Assembly: GCF_902459465.1 (NCBI RefSeq)
Contig: NC_047066.1
Location: 21,204,001 to 21,268,000, forward strand
Origin: Asterias rubens
Lineage: Eukaryota
Length of the DNA: 64,000 nt
Direction of reading: 5' to 3'
The notes beneath the pieces were generated by a model that was given only the letters and a program-made list of their open reading frames with translations, had not been told where the DNA came from and ran no database searches. Below, piece by piece: positions 60,620-64,000 of the stretch (its first letter is position 1; each line of letters begins with the position of its first letter). A program made the position numbers and the translations under genes.

Positions 60620-63600
60620 TCAACCATGTTTAATATGCAGGATGTAACTTGAGGCAGTTACACCAATTGATCCCAGTGTAACCAGAGTGCTGATGAATAA
60701 GGCTGTACGGTCTATCACCAGAGCAACATCTTTCCAGACGTAGCCCTTGAAAGCACGATCACGGCCTTCTCGTTCCGATGGGTGATCTTCAGCGTGGCCC
60801 TTGGTTCTTTCGACGGGGGAGCTGGACGTTTTTGACCGGTTGGTCGATGCATAATCTCGCCTCGGTGCAATTTGAAGAGTGTCGGGCTGAAAATGATGGT
60901 TCTCTACCCAGTCATCCACCCGGTAAAGATGAATATCTGACGGCAGCAAGTCACGATGGCTGATAGTCTCGGGCCCGGAGTCCAGACGGCCGTTGTGTGG
61001 ACATCTTTCGTCGACTGGTTCTTCATCGAGAGTTTCTTCGGGAGCTGGGTATCTTACTAACTTACCGAGAACTCTGAATGTGAGGTACTTTATCGAGCGA
61101 GGTATGGGACGCCGGTTATCCCGATAATAAATGTTGAGGACGACTACGGTGATGATGATGGAGAAACATGACAGGGCGATCATACACGTGAAGTAATACC
61201 CTATAGGGGGAAAAGACAATAACATTCGCTGAAACATGCACGATTATATTGGGTTATTCATTATTTGTACACGAGTGTCTTTGTTGAGAAAGAAGCGGTA
61301 TATTTTATTGAAAGGAACTTCAAACAAAGTTTCCACCATAAACTACATATTGGCGAATACTCAAAATAATATCAATGACCATAAAACCTTGCTCGGTTAG
61401 AAGCACTGCAGCCGTTGGTAGTATACACTATTTCGGGATTGGATTCCCCTCAAAGGGGTATGATTTGGTTAACCCTTCATCCAAAAACCATTTGATTATA
61501 AGAAACATTCATGCATGAATCATTTTATCAGATTTCTGAGGGTGGTGTACGTTCGCTATGCCTCTGCCAGAGGTGCGGTTGATATTCGCCGTCATTTTGC
61601 TAAATGTGGGTAGATTAGACTTTCCTTTGAAAAAGCTTAAACTTTTAAATGCGTTTTATTGCACGTGCCGTTATACTTTTGTTTTTAAATAGGCATAATT
61701 TTAAGTTGATAAAAAGGGGTAAAGTAGTGGGGCATATTTACCAATTATTGGAGTGTTTTCTGACGTTGGAGGCAAAAATGACCCAATTAGCTGCTGAAAG
61801 AGAATCAGCGACAACAGGTTAGTCACACCCAGTGATATCTTCTCCCCTGACTCCGGAGGCATTAGAAACACCATGAGATTTAGAAGAGAGAGCAGAACAC
61901 ACGGGATGAAAATATGGAGCAAGAAATAGAGAGGTTTTCTTCTCAGATGAATAAGGTAGGATAGCTCAGGGTAGGCTATAGATTCCCCATAGGCATTCGA
62001 TTCTCGGGTTACCTCTACGTTGAGTAGCTCCCAAACCCCAACATTAGCGTAGGTGGAAGTTAAAGGTAGTCGTTCAGACTGTGTGAGATTAAGCTGATTG
62101 GCACCGTAGGCCCATGATGTAAACCTGAATTCGCAGGACTGGGTATCGAATGGGAACATTCTGGCGTTGATTTTACAAGAGGTCTTCAGTGTAGACGGTG
62201 AAGACCATTCCACGTGTCCACTATTTTGTACAATCAATGGGATGCCCTTGTAACTGTCAAACGGTTTGTCAACGCTGTAATTGTAGGCATAAAATAATGC
62301 AATTTAGTATCAGTTTAACAAACATCTAACAAGTTAAATAATTTTGATTTAAAAGGTTTCTCTGTGCTGCGAAAAACTTTAACCACATGTTGGTAAGCAA
62401 TTTGATCAAAATTTCGACTTACTTTTTGTAAAGAGTAGTATCTGGCAGCCATATTTTAGACTTGTCGACGTAAAGAACATCAATGCCGTTGTAATCATTT
62501 GGATCCCAAGTTAAATACTCGTCCACCCATATCTGAAAATGTAGATAAAATCAACCGGATATAATTAATAAAAACGAACTAGTTTTTTTCAGTTGAACAG
62601 AGCACTGATCAAAATTTCATGCTGATCGTTAAAATAGTCATCCGTTTTTACAACAGCCACCAGAACTCGAACAAGACTATTTTGTAATTACCTTGAATTA
62701 CATTGCCACAAACGATTCTCCAAATATAACACCAAGATCAAATATTTAAGTTTTGACGGCCAACTTCACGAAAATAAATTAAGTTTCATTCAGTTTCATT
62801 CAGTTTCATTCAAATGCAGGCATGCTTCCCTACATTCAAACTAGGGTTCCTTTGTAGTCACTTCCCGAGTGACAGGCGGGTACCCATTTCTCGTCTGGAT
62901 AACTACCTTTAAGCATCACTTTAACCAGGAACAATGGATTCACCTGGTAAGTATGCTGCCACCAGGCTTCCTGAAAGTCCATTATTTCGTTTTCGTGCGC
63001 AAATATACAAGCTACATTTTCGCAATTCTCAAGTTGAATGTGTACAGCCAATTAATGACAGCGATGCAATTGAAAAGTTGACCAGCCTCTTGCTGTTTGT
63101 TTTTGCGAAATTATACGATAATATTATATTAAGTTACAAATAAAAAGGTAACTACTGGAATAAATCAATTTATTTGCCAATGACTAAATACTGATTGTTA
63201 AAGGTTCTAAAACTATAAAACTGTACCTGGCTTAACCAAACTCCCATTTCCAAGGTCTGATATCGCTCACTCTGTAAGGAAAAAGAAAAAGTATGGAATC
63301 AAATCACGAGTTTCATTAAGGATAAAACAGTGTAAGGTCCTTTAAAGTTATAATTAGAATGATTTAGTCGCCAGTGATTAAAACAAATCCACCAGAATTT
63401 GAAGTATTGGCCACACACCATAACAAGCTTTTGTTCTTCACACACAACACAGTAAAACACTATACTTTATAATCAGTTCAACAACAATATACCTAAAACT
63501 ACAATTATATCTAACATGAAAAATTTCCATTACAATCATTACCAATTCTATGACTTGGCGGATTACCAGACTAAATACCACTGTTGTTACATCCGATACG

Positions 63601-63685
63601 TTATATACGGGTCGGGTTGATTGGAAACCGTAGCCACCAAGTAGCTCCTTCAGAAGTACATTCTGGGCACTCATCTGACGACATT
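60620..63685 (-). CDS. nAChR-like Cys-loop receptor gene 6, non-alpha (no loop-C CC), 5'-partial. Exons 63685-63543, 63271-63227, 62532-62423, 62274-61742, 61200-60620. The signal-peptide exon probably lies beyond 64000.
   Basis: ECRQMSAQNVLLKELLGGYGFQSTRPV; MGVWLSQ; [10 protein letters not shown]; CKINARMFPFDTQSC; FTSWAYGA; loop C RESNAYGESIAYPEL; M1-M4 present; GT-AG introns in frame. Confidence 0.88.
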
Positions 63686-64000
63686 CTAAACGCAGAAAGC
63701 GGGTATAAATTGTCATTAAAAAACTATATTGCATACGAAAGATGTGTTATAGTCATTAGTACCAACCAGCAAAACATACCCTTACGTTTACCTGCCGCCC
63801 CTTTAACCAAGTAAAGAATATTACACTATAATGATGAAGTGAAAAGGCAACTTTACTACAGTCCAGGGAGAATGTTTTTTTTTTCTTTCATTCATGAACA
63901 ACTACAACAGCACTTTGCTGAAAACTTAAAAACAAATGTTCAATGACAAACAATGTCTGCACAAACAGAAAACAAAACCTCAAACAATTAAAAATGCATT

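Noticed and set aside
63780-63830. Possible exon 1 of gene 6 (phase-1 donors at 63780-63792)
   Set aside because: An in-frame TAG occurs upstream with no ATG after it and no signal peptide. Exon 1 is probably outside the window.

Overview
AT-rich animal genomic DNA with spliceosomal introns. The repeat content and gene style suggest an echinoderm, possibly a sea star; this is inference and the species cannot be determined here. The window has one large coding exon of a GAS2-family gene on the minus strand at the left, a 213-N gap, and then a tandem cluster of six Cys-loop ligand-gated ion channel genes of the nicotinic acetylcholine receptor type, with alpha9/alpha10-like features. I assembled the exons by hand from splice sites and frame, and all share one 6-exon plan (~58/146/45/110/~540/~520-650 nt). 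Genes 1-4 (+ strand) keep the loop-C vicinal CC (alpha-type). Genes 5-6 (- strand, convergent with genes 1-4; gene 6 lacks exon 1 in the window) have lost the CC and have a shorter, remodelled loop C. All six share an unusual M2 pore (N7', Q16'; also Q2' in genes 1-4). Genes 1 and 2 are a recent ~9-kb tandem duplication whose breakpoint lies inside exon 1 of gene 3, and their differences are mostly amino-acid-changing in the ligand-binding loops. Gene 5 has a triplicated, in-frame 5' splice site. The cluster is dense in MITEs, tRNA-derived SINEs and one truncated L2-type LINE, and has recurrent CTCF-like motifs. All counts and alignments were made by eye.
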